64,000 bases of DNA from Phycisphaerae bacterium (GCA_050115495.1 JASFQK010000008.1:64001-128000); one strand, 5' to 3'; counted from the first letter of the stretch, positions 9,753-17,960 are shown. Notes: generated by a model from the sequence alone, not told the origin. A program made the numbers and translations.

Positions 9753-10868
9753 ATGACGGGGCGGCGGTATGTGCCATTGGTCCTACTCGTGGCATATGGT
9801 TGTTCTGCGAGTCCAGTGGGGGATCGCTCCGCATCCGGGCGTAGTGAAACGGTGAGATCGGCGCGCGGCAATCCGGAAGCAGAAAGGCGCGGCACGGAGC
9901 AGTTGCACGGAGAGCGCAGCTATGCAGCCGACCTTGACGGGCTGCAGGCGTGGGCCGACGCGCTCCAGGAGACAAGAGCGTACTTCGACCTGCGATACGG
10001 ACCGTGTCCGGTCTGCGAAGGCACGGGAAGAGTGAGGAATACGGACCCGGCGCGGCCGCTACTGGTTCCATGCGACTTCTGCGGCGGACGCGGTCGCGTC
10101 CTCGATCTCACGGAGTTGGATGATTTCCTCATGCACGTGCTGTTCGGCTTACCGTTCGCCGTGTGGGACGTAACGACCGAGTATTTGGAGCGCATGCAAC
10201 AGCGAATGGAAAGCGACGCCGATTTCGCCATTGCTGTACGGCGCGCCTCGGCGGTGCTGGGCGTTTCGCTGAACCCATGGGGCCTCGAAGCGGATACACT
10301 CGCCTTGCACGGCGAAGTCGCACAGATCGTAGCGATCAATCTGGGCGAGCTGAATCGTCATGTGATGGAAGTGCATAGGCGAGTAGCGAGCGCAACGCTG
10401 TCTCTCTATGTGGTGGCAGGAGGAGTCAGGCAGATCCTGAGCGATGGGGATCATCTTGTATTTGTCTTGGACGGAATGGCGACCAATCGTATTGATAGGT
10501 CGGCAGAAAGCGTGTCGTTCTTGGTGTGCGCGCCGAGCGCCGATGCTCTACCGGGGCTCAGAGATATACAGCGTTTTCGGCCGCTGATAATCGTCGGCAG
10601 CATTGGCGCCCCAGATTGGCTGGCTGAGGATTGCCCGCTCATCATCGACAATATGCGGTGTGGAGACTGGGAGACGGATGCCTACGCCGAGTTGACGAGG
10701 GCGGTCAGACGGTCCCGCGACCGGTCGGCAGACCGGTTGGTCGGGCTGATTCGTGAATCGGACGTGCCCGTGATTACGGTACGTTCTTCCCAACCACACG
10801 GCGTTGAACGCTTGCTCCAGTTGCTCGGCCAGCGCAGAGCAGACATGTCGCGTTCTGCGGAGCCGTGA
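9753..10868 (+). CDS. Hypothetical lipoprotein with DnaJ-type CxxCxGxG zinc finger
   Basis: GAGGAGG RBS; lipobox VAYGC; CPVCEGTG ... CDFCGGRG. Confidence 0.65.
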   Translation: MTGRRYVPLVLLVAYGCSASPVGDRSASGRSETVRSARGNPEAERRGTEQLHGERSYAADLDGLQAWADALQETRAYFDLRYGPCPVCEGTGRVRNTDPARPLLVPCDFCGGRGRVLDLTELDDFLMHVLFGLPFAVWDVTTEYLERMQQRMESDADFAIAVRRASAVLGVSLNPWGLEADTLALHGEVAQIVAINLGELNRHVMEVHRRVASATLSLYVVAGGVRQILSDGDHLVFVLDGMATNRIDRSAESVSFLVCAPSADALPGLRDIQRFRPLIIVGSIGAPDWLAEDCPLIIDNMRCGDWETDAYAELTRAVRRSRDRSADRLVGLIRESDVPVITVRSSQPHGVERLLQLLGQRRADMSRSAEP

Positions 10869-10973
10869 AAGGGTCACCGTTCCATTCGCAATCTCCTCTG
10901 CTGTGCTTGTGCGGTCTATTGCTCGGCGGGAGCACGTCCGGCGGTCCACCGTGAGGGAGGGGAGGCAGCCAAC

Positions 10974-11037
10974 GTAGGGCGGGTCTCACCCTCCGAGATG
11001 AACTGCAGAACGAATCGGTGGGTGGAACCCACCCTAC
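10974..11037. repeat. Inverted pair of GTAG-type REP palindromes (REPIN-like)
   Basis: GTAGGGCGGGTCTCACCC ... GGTGGGTGGAACCCACCCTAC. Confidence 0.75.
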
Positions 11038-11135
11038 ACACTCGGCGGCTTGGCGTGCTTGGCGCGTAGCAACAAACCGGCCCGGGCGGCCGTCGCCGCG
11101 CGGGCCGGGTGGTGTTACTGGTCGTGTGCCGGGGC

Positions 11136-12572
11136 TTAGGAGGCCGCGGCGGCTTTGGCTTTGGGGGTTTGCGTGAGCAGCCATTCGTGCATTGAGCCGG
11201 CGGCTTTCTTGCCGTCGCCCATGGCCAGAATGACCGTCGCCGCGCCGCGGACAATGTCGCCGCCGGCGAAGACGCCGGGCATGCTCGTGGCGAGCTTGTC
11301 GTCGGCCTCGATATAGCCCCACTTGTTCGTCTTCAGTTCGGGGGTGGCGGCGGTCAGCAGGGGGTTGGCCTTGGTGCCGATCGCCGGGATGGCGACGTCG
11401 CAGGGGACGATGAACTCGGAGCCCTTGATGGGGACCGGCCGCCGGCGGCCGGAGTCGTCGGGTTCGCCGAGCTCCATCTGGATGCACTCGACGCCGGTGA
11501 CCCAACCGGATTCGTCGCCGACGTAGCGGATCGGGTTCGTCAGCAACTTGAAGATGATGCCCTCTTCCTCGGCGTGCTTCACCTCTTCGGCACGGGCGGG
11601 CATTTCGGTGCGGCTGCGGCGGTAGACGAGCGTGGCCGTCTCGGCGCCGAGGCGCTTGGCGGTGCGGACGGAGTCCATGGCCACGTTGCCGCCGCCGATG
11701 ACGACGGCGTTCTTCGGGCGGATGATGGGCGTGTCGAAGTCGGGGAACTCGTAGGCCCGCATGAGGTTCGAGCGGGTGAGGTACTCGTTCGCCGAGTAGA
11801 CGCCCTTGAGGTTCTCGCCGGGGATGTTCATGAAGACGGGCAGGCCGGCGCCGTTGGCGATGAAGAGGGCGTCGAAGCCCTCCTCGCCCAGCAGCTCCTG
11901 GACGGTGAACGTGCGGCCGACGACGACGTTGCAGATGATCTTGACGCCCATCTCGCGCAGGCGGCCGACCTCGGCGTCGATGATCTTGTTGGGCAGGCGG
12001 AACTCGGGGATGCCGTAGGTGAGCACGCCGCCGGGCTGATGCAGGGCCTCGAAGATGGTGACGTCGTGGCCCTTCTTGGCGAGCTCGCCGGCACAGGTCA
12101 GCCCCGCCGGTCCGGAGCCGACGACGGCGACGCGATAGCCGGTGGAGGCGGCGAGGATGGTTTTGATGTCGAGGTTTTCGCGGGCCCAGTCGGCAACGAA
12201 GCGCTCGAGGTGGCCGACGGCGACCGGCGTGCCCTTCTTGCCGCGGATGCAGACCTGCTCGCACTGCTCCTCCTGGGGGCAGACGCGGCCGGTGATGCCG
12301 GGCAGGGCGTTGGCGTCGAGCAGGATGCGGGCGGCACCTTCGAGGTTGCCCTCGGCGATCTGCTCGAGGAAGCCGGGGATGTCGATACCGACGGGGCAGC
12401 CGTAGACGCACTTGCCGTCCTTGCAACGGAGGCAGCGGTCCGCCTCGAGCTTGGCGATGCTCTGCTGGAAGCCGAGGTTGACTTCCTGGAAATCGCGGTT
12501 GCGCACCGTGGCTTCACGTTCGGGCATGTGCTGCCGCTCGATGGCCATCCGCTCTTTGGGGGTCATTGCCAT
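11136..12572 (-). CDS. NfnB/SudA-type flavo-Fe-S subunit (GltD-like, often annotated as homotetrameric NADPH glutamate synthase)
   Basis: RCLRCK-CVYGCP, GRVCPQEEQCE, GSGPAGL, YGIPEFRLP, IGGGNVAMD, GVFAGGD; paired with an NfnA-like gene; no gltB nearby. Confidence 0.92.
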   Translation of the reverse strand: MAMTPKERMAIERQHMPEREATVRNRDFQEVNLGFQQSIAKLEADRCLRCKDGKCVYGCPVGIDIPGFLEQIAEGNLEGAARILLDANALPGITGRVCPQEEQCEQVCIRGKKGTPVAVGHLERFVADWARENLDIKTILAASTGYRVAVVGSGPAGLTCAGELAKKGHDVTIFEALHQPGGVLTYGIPEFRLPNKIIDAEVGRLREMGVKIICNVVVGRTFTVQELLGEEGFDALFIANGAGLPVFMNIPGENLKGVYSANEYLTRSNLMRAYEFPDFDTPIIRPKNAVVIGGGNVAMDSVRTAKRLGAETATLVYRRSRTEMPARAEEVKHAEEEGIIFKLLTNPIRYVGDESGWVTGVECIQMELGEPDDSGRRRPVPIKGSEFIVPCDVAIPAIGTKANPLLTAATPELKTNKWGYIEADDKLATSMPGVFAGGDIVRGAATVILAMGDGKKAAGSMHEWLLTQTPKAKAAAAS

Positions 12573-12611
12573 GATGGAGTCACCTGTTAGCGTTGACGGT
12601 CGTGGCCGTGG

Positions 12612-13466
12612 TCAGCGCCCCGCCGCGGCGCCGAGCCTGCACTTGTGCTCGGCGCGGTCGAGGGCTTCCTTCTCCTGCCTGCGGTAGGCGGTGAGACGGT
12701 CGGCCAACTCGGCGAAATTGACGAGGTGGCCGTCGAACTCGGGCCCGTCGACGCAGGCGTACTTGGTTTCGTCGCCGATCGTGACGCGACAGCCGCCGCA
12801 CATGCCGGTGCCGTCGATCATGATGGGGTTGAGCGAGACGATGGTTTTGATGCCGGACTCGCGGGTCAGGTCGCAGATGGCCCGCATCATGGGCACGGGG
12901 CCGGCACAGTAGATGATCTCGATGGGCCGCGATTTGTCGGCCATCATGTCGCGGAGCTTGTCGGCGACGGTGCCCTTGTAGCCGTAGCTGCCGTCGTCGG
13001 TGGTGGCGTAGACGACGTCGGAGACTTCGCGGAGCTCGTCTTCGAGGACGACCAGCTCCTTGGTGCGGCCGCCGGTGATGGAGGAGACGTAGCAGCCGAT
13101 CTCGCGGAGGGCGCGGGCCAGGGGGTAGATGACCGCGGTGCCGACGCCGCCGCCGACGAGGACGGCATGCCCGACCTTCTCGATCTCGGTGGGCTGGCCG
13201 AGGGGGCCCATGACGTCATTGATGAAATCGCCGGTGTTCTTGAGGAAGAGCTCGCGGGTGGTCTTGCCGATGGCCTTGACGATGAGCTCGATGGTGCCGG
13301 CTTGGGGGTCGGCGTGAGCCATGGTCAGGGGGATGCGCTCGCCGGTCTCGCCGAGGCGGATGATGACGAACTGGCCGGGCTTGCGGTGCTTGGCCACCAG
13401 GGGGGCATCGATACGGTACCATTTGACGTCAGAGGCCAGTTGCCTGGCGTCGAGGATCTTGAACAT
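12612..13466 (-). CDS. NfnA/SudB-type FAD/NAD-binding 2Fe-2S subunit
   Basis: KPGQFVII, ERIPLT, GPLG, GGGVG, AGPVPMM, MIDGTGMCGGCRV, ACVDGPEFDGH. Confidence 0.93.
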   Translation of the reverse strand: MFKILDARQLASDVKWYRIDAPLVAKHRKPGQFVIIRLGETGERIPLTMAHADPQAGTIELIVKAIGKTTRELFLKNTGDFINDVMGPLGQPTEIEKVGHAVLVGGGVGTAVIYPLARALREIGCYVSSITGGRTKELVVLEDELREVSDVVYATTDDGSYGYKGTVADKLRDMMADKSRPIEIIYCAGPVPMMRAICDLTRESGIKTIVSLNPIMIDGTGMCGGCRVTIGDETKYACVDGPEFDGHLVNFAELADRLTAYRRQEKEALDRAEHKCRLGAAAGR

Positions 13467-13641
13467 AGGCTGCTCCCGGGCGGGCTGGGCACGGATCTCG
13501 TCAGGGCGCAGTCCAAGAGCCCGCCGACGGCGGAGGGTGAGCAAGAACCGTGCCACCGGGAATGGGGGTTTAGCGCCGGCGACCCCGGGATATCCGGCCT
13601 CGGCTGGGGGATTTTCCCCATCGGCGGTGGCCAGAATGCCG

Positions 13642-14769
13642 TTACGCGCGGAACGTGACCGAGACCGCTTGCAGGGGCTGCGGTCCGTCGGCGGCGAGTC
13701 GGTCGGCGAGGTCGCGGGCCTCCTCCGCCGACGTGCACAGCGTGAAGAACGCCGACCCGGAGCCGGTCATGCGGACGGGGCCGGGGCAGAGTCGGCGGAT
13801 GGCAGTTATCCAGACCCGCAGGTCGGGGTAGGTGGCCAGGGCGGGCTCTTCGAGGTCGTTGAAGAGGATCGCCGACAGGGCGGGCGGGTCGGCGAGGCGG
13901 GCGAGGACGTTGGCGAGGGGCGGGCGGGGCTCGGTCGGCGGGTCGCGGTCCCAGGCGGCATAGACCGCCGGCGTGCGACAGAATCCGCCACCGAGCAGCA
14001 GTATGGCGTGGGTGGTGAGGGGGTCGGCGGCTGGGGCGGCAGGTCGAAGAAGGGGACTGGCGCCGAGCCGGGGGGCCTCGCTGTGCTCAGTTGCCGCCGC
14101 GGGCGAGGTGCCTGTCCCCTCTTCCGACCGTTTGTCGGGGACGTCACGATCGCCGGCGCGCTGGCTTGGTTCGGCGGCGGGCACGCTTGCCGGCGGGCGC
14201 TCAAGCTGCTCGCCGGCAGCGGCAGGTCGGCTTCGGTCGGCGCCGGACTCACTGTCGGTCCGGTCGACGCCCGCGTCGCCTCGTGCCTGACCGGCGAAGA
14301 CGTCCTCGATCTGGTCGCCGCGGCCGCGGAGGATACAGAGCGGGCTGTGGAAGAAGAGTGGCACGTCCGAGCCGAGGGCGGCGCCGATGCGAGCGAGGTC
14401 GGCGACGCCGAGCGACCACAGGTCGTTGAGCAGGGCGAGCGTCGTGGCGGCGTTCGAGCTCCCGCCGCCGAGCCCCGCGCCGGCGGGGATCCGCTTGGCG
14501 AGTTCCAGGTGCACGCCGAAGTCGCTGCCCGTGGCCCGGGCCAGCTCATCGGCGGCCCGAAGGGCCAGGTTCCCCCGGTCGGTCGGCAGGCTCGGGTCGT
14601 CGCAGGAGAGCGTCCGGCGGCCGTCCGGAGCCGGGTGAGCGGTGATCGTGTCGTGCAGCGAGACCCGGGCGACGAGCGACTCGATCTCGTGAAACCCATC
14701 CGGCCGCAAACCAACGACGCGGAGCGTCAGATTGATCTTCGCCGGCGATGAGCGGGTGAGTGGGGGCAT
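13642..14769 (-). CDS. ispE: 4-diphosphocytidyl-2-C-methyl-D-erythritol kinase with a ~85-aa internal insertion
   Basis: SPAKINLTL, DGFHEIES, KRIPAGAGLGGGSSNAA, LGSDVPLF, FNDLE, MTGSGSAFF. Confidence 0.93.
   Translation of the reverse strand: MPPLTRSSPAKINLTLRVVGLRPDGFHEIESLVARVSLHDTITAHPAPDGRRTLSCDDPSLPTDRGNLALRAADELARATGSDFGVHLELAKRIPAGAGLGGGSSNAATTLALLNDLWSLGVADLARIGAALGSDVPLFFHSPLCILRGRGDQIEDVFAGQARGDAGVDRTDSESGADRSRPAAAGEQLERPPASVPAAEPSQRAGDRDVPDKRSEEGTGTSPAAATEHSEAPRLGASPLLRPAAPAADPLTTHAILLLGGGFCRTPAVYAAWDRDPPTEPRPPLANVLARLADPPALSAILFNDLEEPALATYPDLRVWITAIRRLCPGPVRMTGSGSAFFTLCTSAEEARDLADRLAADGPQPLQAVSVTFRA
14042..14129. repeat. Palindromic element inside the ispE coding sequence
   Basis: GGTCGAAGAAGGGGACTGGCGCC ... 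GGTGCCTGTCCCCTCTTCCGACC, imperfect inverted repeats. Confidence 0.7.
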
Positions 14770-14775
14770 GGGGGG

Positions 14776-14804
14776 ATTATACGGGAAGTCACCGGCGCAG
14801 GCAG
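14776..14804 (-). promoter_or_regulatory. Putative sigma70 promoter of ispE (possibly leaderless mRNA)
   Basis: CTGCCT-N17-TATAAT, with -10 ending 6 nt before ATG 14769 and no RBS. Confidence 0.5.
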
Positions 14805-14929
14805 TTGGGATGCGGACGCGCGTGGACTCTCTTGCCGCGGCGTTGGCTGGGAGACTTGAGAAGTGCGGGGGGCCACCAGTCCTGAGCGATTCCGACGAGT
14901 GTCGGGCGACGTTCTCCGACGAAGTCACT

Positions 14930-15973
14930 TCACGCGGTCATGCGCGTGTCCCAGGCTTGCGCCAAGCGTCGCGGCTCGTTTCGCTTCTTCGAGGTAATCC
15001 ACCACTTGCCTCGGCGGGCAGACAATCCTCGGCTGGCCAGCGCGCGCATCACGTGTCGGTCACCGGCTTCAAGTAGTCGCTTGATGTGACGGGCGGGACC
15101 GAAATCGGCCTGCCGGGTGTAGTACATCCAGCCCGCCACCTGCGCTCGTTTGCGTGCAAGCCCTTCGAGGGAATCCGCGCTGACCACCTTCGCCCCACGG
15201 AGGTATGCTTCGGCCAGCGCAAGGGCCTTCGCGGTCTGCTCTGCCACGATCTTCACGCCGCGCCGGTTGTTCACGCGCAGGTTGTGCACTCGTTGCTCGC
15301 GGTGCTGGGCCGCGAATCCGTTCATCCGTAGCTTTCGGGCGTTGATCGACAGACCGTGACCTTCGATTTGCCTCCGCATCGCGTCGCCTGGCCATTCAGC
15401 TAGGCTCGGCGATTGGACCGAGATCACCATGTCGTCATAGGTGCGCGAGTACCGCGAACCGTTCCGCCCGCACGCGGCCGACAGCGCACGATCGGCGTCG
15501 TAAAGGAAGAGGTTCAGCGCATCAGAGCTTACCGGTGAACCTTGTGCCATACGACCACGCACGGTGCACAAGAATGACAGGAGCAGCGCCACGTCCGATC
15601 CAAAACCCATGCCCAGCAGTCGTTTCTTCAATTCAAGCTGGGAGATCGACGGGTAGCAGTCTCGTACGTCTCGTGTGACCACGTAGCGTCGGCCGAGGTG
15701 CCGCCGAGCACTCGTGAAGCATGATCGCGACTTTGCGCCGCCGTGGGCACATGGGTGGGGTGGAACGGCCCGAACCAGGAATCGGTGTAGCTTTCGGAGT
15801 ATCGACTTGGTCTGAGGCTTGGGTGCGTCGATCTCCCTGATCTTCCCGCACACGCGCTTCTGACGCGTCGGTAGAAACGCGGCGTCCATGTTCTTGGCTA
15901 GCGTCCACAGTCTCGCCTCGGACATGCCGACAGCTTTGGCTATGTCAGCGCCCCTCATCGCTTCTGGTTTCAT
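14930..15973 (-). CDS. Retron-like reverse transcriptase with divergent motifs
   Basis: GKIREIDAP, AHGG, SCFTSARRH (region X), TRDVRDCYPSIS, MAQGSPVSS, YSRTYDDMVIS, GLSINARK, QRVHNLRVN (region Y), GWMYY thumb; GGAG RBS. Confidence 0.9.
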   Translation of the reverse strand: MKPEAMRGADIAKAVGMSEARLWTLAKNMDAAFLPTRQKRVCGKIREIDAPKPQTKSILRKLHRFLVRAVPPHPCAHGGAKSRSCFTSARRHLGRRYVVTRDVRDCYPSISQLELKKRLLGMGFGSDVALLLSFLCTVRGRMAQGSPVSSDALNLFLYDADRALSAACGRNGSRYSRTYDDMVISVQSPSLAEWPGDAMRRQIEGHGLSINARKLRMNGFAAQHREQRVHNLRVNNRRGVKIVAEQTAKALALAEAYLRGAKVVSADSLEGLARKRAQVAGWMYYTRQADFGPARHIKRLLEAGDRHVMRALASRGLSARRGKWWITSKKRNEPRRLAQAWDTRMTA

Positions 15974-16295
15974 CCGTCTCCGTCTCCGACGACAACGTTG
16001 ATCTCAGCTCGTCCTCGACAGACAGCATCTTCTGAATCATTGCGACAAGTGCCTGGCTCACTTGGTCTTCGCTCTGCAAACGTCCGTTAGCAGGTTGCGC
16101 GAGAATGATGAGCACCTCCGGCGGAATCCGCAGGGCATTCGCGAGCCGTCGCAACACATCCAGTGACGGCTGCCGCTCGCCGTTTTCGACGAGGCTTAGA
16201 AACGGAATGCTGACGCCTGCATTGTCGGCGAGCGTAGACAGCCGCATCCCTTTTGCAGCCCGCACTATACGAATGGCCTTGCCAAGCTCTAGCAT
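15945..16295 (-). CDS. XRE/Cro-family helix-turn-helix protein, overlapping the RT start
   Basis: LGKAIRIVRAAKGMRLSTLADNAGVSIPFLSLVENGERQPSLDVLRRLANAL; 29-nt overlap with the RT gene. Confidence 0.92.
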   Translation of the reverse strand: MLELGKAIRIVRAAKGMRLSTLADNAGVSIPFLSLVENGERQPSLDVLRRLANALRIPPEVLIILAQPANGRLQSEDQVSQALVAMIQKMLSVEDELRSTLSSETETDETRSDEGR

Positions 16296-16351
16296 TGGCA
16301 GTCCCTTGAGTTCGATCTGTGAGCACACGCGTTACCCATCGCGCGCTGATA

Positions 16352-16648
16352 TCAGGATGCGAGGAGTGTATCGACCTCTGCCTGGAGTTGATCGAACAGC
16401 AGTTCGAGCTTCTCCGCGAGGTCCATAGCCTCCGCCGCGGCCAGGGTCCGACCGTACCGACCGAGTTCTTCGATCAGCGTGGCCAGAGCGACCGCGTCAT
16501 CCATCGACCCCGAAGTCCCCGAGGCTCTCCGCCGCGCCATTTCTGACGAGAGGAGCTTGCGAATCCGGATGGCGCCATCTTCAACGACGCGAAAGAACTC
16601 GCAGGGCCTGGAGGAACTCCCCGACCACACCAACTCATGATGCTGCAT
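16352..16648 (-). CDS. 98-aa small helical protein, candidate effector of the RT operon
   Basis: GGAGG 6 nt before ATG 16648; amphipathic C-terminal helices (DDAVALATLIEELGRY...EKLELLFDQLQAEVDTLL); lies between the structured leader and the HTH gene. Confidence 0.7.
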   Translation of the reverse strand: MQHHELVWSGSSSRPCEFFRVVEDGAIRIRKLLSSEMARRRASGTSGSMDDAVALATLIEELGRYGRTLAAAEAMDLAEKLELLFDQLQAEVDTLLAS

Positions 16649-16649
16649 A

Positions 16650-16900
16650 CGCAGCCTCCATTGGGTTTGGCGGGAAGAGCATCGCTTCCCGTCGGGGTCC
16701 GACCAGCCGGGGACAGTCCCCGGACTCACGATCGGCAGGCCTGGCAGGGGCCAGGCTCCCGCGGCTAGCGCCGCTCCCGGACGAGCCGGGCAACCTCCCC
16801 GCGACACGAGATCCCGGGGCAGGTGAGGGGTTTGGAGGCTTGGTGCGATCGGTTATTCAGTTTTCAACTGGGCGCGGACAAGCCGGTGGCCCACTAAACT
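16650..16900 (-). ncRNA. Putative RT-associated structured ncRNA/leader (retron msr-msd-like position)
   Basis: Seven adjacent hairpins (16671-16823) enclosed by the inverted repeat AGCCTCCA 16653-16660 / TGGAGGCT 16833-16840, directly downstream of a strong promoter. Confidence 0.65.
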
Positions 16901-16906
16901 GCGGGT

Positions 16907-16935
16907 ATTATACCACACAAGTAAAATGGAGTCAA
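16907..16935 (-). promoter_or_regulatory. sigma70 promoter of the RT operon
   Basis: TTGACT-N17-TATAAT with extended -10 TG and an AT-rich upstream region. Confidence 0.85.
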
Positions 16936-17221
16936 CTTTGGTTAAATAATTTTCTCTTTTTCGGACGATCACCTCGCTGCACCGATTGCGCGGTGTGGTG
17001 GTCCTGCAGCGTACACGGCTGCGGGTCAACTCCCTCGCTTTCCGGCGTCAGGACGCCGTAGACGCATTCGTGCACGCGGCGGAGGAGAACTCGGGCCAAG
17101 GCGATCGCGGGTATGGCGCGGCGGGTGGGCTGCGGAGGGGGCACGGCCGGGCGGCAGCGTGTTGGCTGCGGCGCTGTTTTGCTTCTCAGCAGGCGAAAGG
17201 GGTACGTTGCGCCGCGGGGCG

Positions 17222-17788
17222 CTACAGCTCGTCGTCGGGTTGCAGGGGGGAGTGGTGCCAGGGCCAGTAGCTCATGACCGCTGCTTCGTCTTCGTCGAGG
17301 CTGGCGTGGTAGTGATGTGCGTGCGGGCAGGGGAAGCGGAATTCCTGTTGCGTGAAGCCGCGCAGGCGGAGGGTTGCCTCGAACTCGTCCAGCGGGCCGT
17401 AGGCGTAGATCACGTTGTGCTGGTCGTAGACGAGCAGGCCGGGGCCGCTGAAGGACTCCACCCAGACGTGGTGCCGACCGTCCTGCTCGAAGAACGTGCG
17501 GTATGTTTCGAGGAAGCCGCGGACCGCCGCCGGCGAGATGTCGGCGGCCGCGTATCGTCCTGGTGGCCGTTCCTCCCGGCGGGGAGTGAGCAGGACGTAC
17601 AGGACGCCGAACGGGCCAGGGAGCAGGTCGAGCAGGGCCAGGATCAGGTTGATGTGGTCGCGCGACGGACCGATAACGAGGCGCATGGGCCCCGTGGTCT
17701 GCTCGCGATACCAGAGGTCGCCGTATTCGTGCGGCTGCGGCGGCTGGCGCCAGCGGGGGCTGGACAGTTTCGGCAATCTGATCTTCAC
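17222..17788 (-). CDS. Hypothetical protein
   Basis: Good codon usage; FFEQDGRHHVW, LVYDQHNVIYAYG, PHAHHYH. Confidence 0.7.
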   Translation of the reverse strand: MKIRLPKLSSPRWRQPPQPHEYGDLWYREQTTGPMRLVIGPSRDHINLILALLDLLPGPFGVLYVLLTPRREERPPGRYAAADISPAAVRGFLETYRTFFEQDGRHHVWVESFSGPGLLVYDQHNVIYAYGPLDEFEATLRLRGFTQQEFRFPCPHAHHYHASLDEDEAAVMSYWPWHHSPLQPDDEL

Positions 17789-17809
17789 GGTTCCACCGGT
17801 ATAGCAGCC

Positions 17810-17915
17810 GCAGGGCGAGCCTCGCCCGGCGATCGTTCGATTGTCAGTTCGCGGTCACGCCGCGTCGATGGCGTTTCTGGGCGTTCGATTGTGCGGCGGG
17901 TGAGACCCGCCCTAC
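17810..17915. repeat. REPIN-like element (inverted REP pair)
   Basis: GCAGGGCGAGCCTCGCCCGGC ... GGCGGGTGAGACCCGCCCTAC; 17837-17915 differs from 18812-18890 at 8 of 79 positions. Confidence 0.75.
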
Positions 17916-17960
17916 GTGCGGTGTGATCGGCGGGGTGGGAGTGGCGACGTGGCGTGGTGT

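Noticed and set aside
11136..12572. Glutamate synthase small subunit gltD
   Set aside because: No gltB is adjacent and it is paired with an NfnA/SudB-like gene.
13642..14928. 428-aa ispE start at 14928
   Set aside because: IspE homology begins at SPAKIN, and a -10 box lies just upstream of ATG 14769.
14930..15973. RT as a group II intron or DGR RT
   Set aside because: It is short, has no maturase/endonuclease domain, no intron domain V/VI and no avd gene. Retron-like X/Y positions and the HTH partner fit better.
16352..16807. 151-aa version of the small ORF from the ORF track
   Set aside because: The extension runs through the hairpin array without an RBS, while ATG 16648 has GGAGG at 6 nt.
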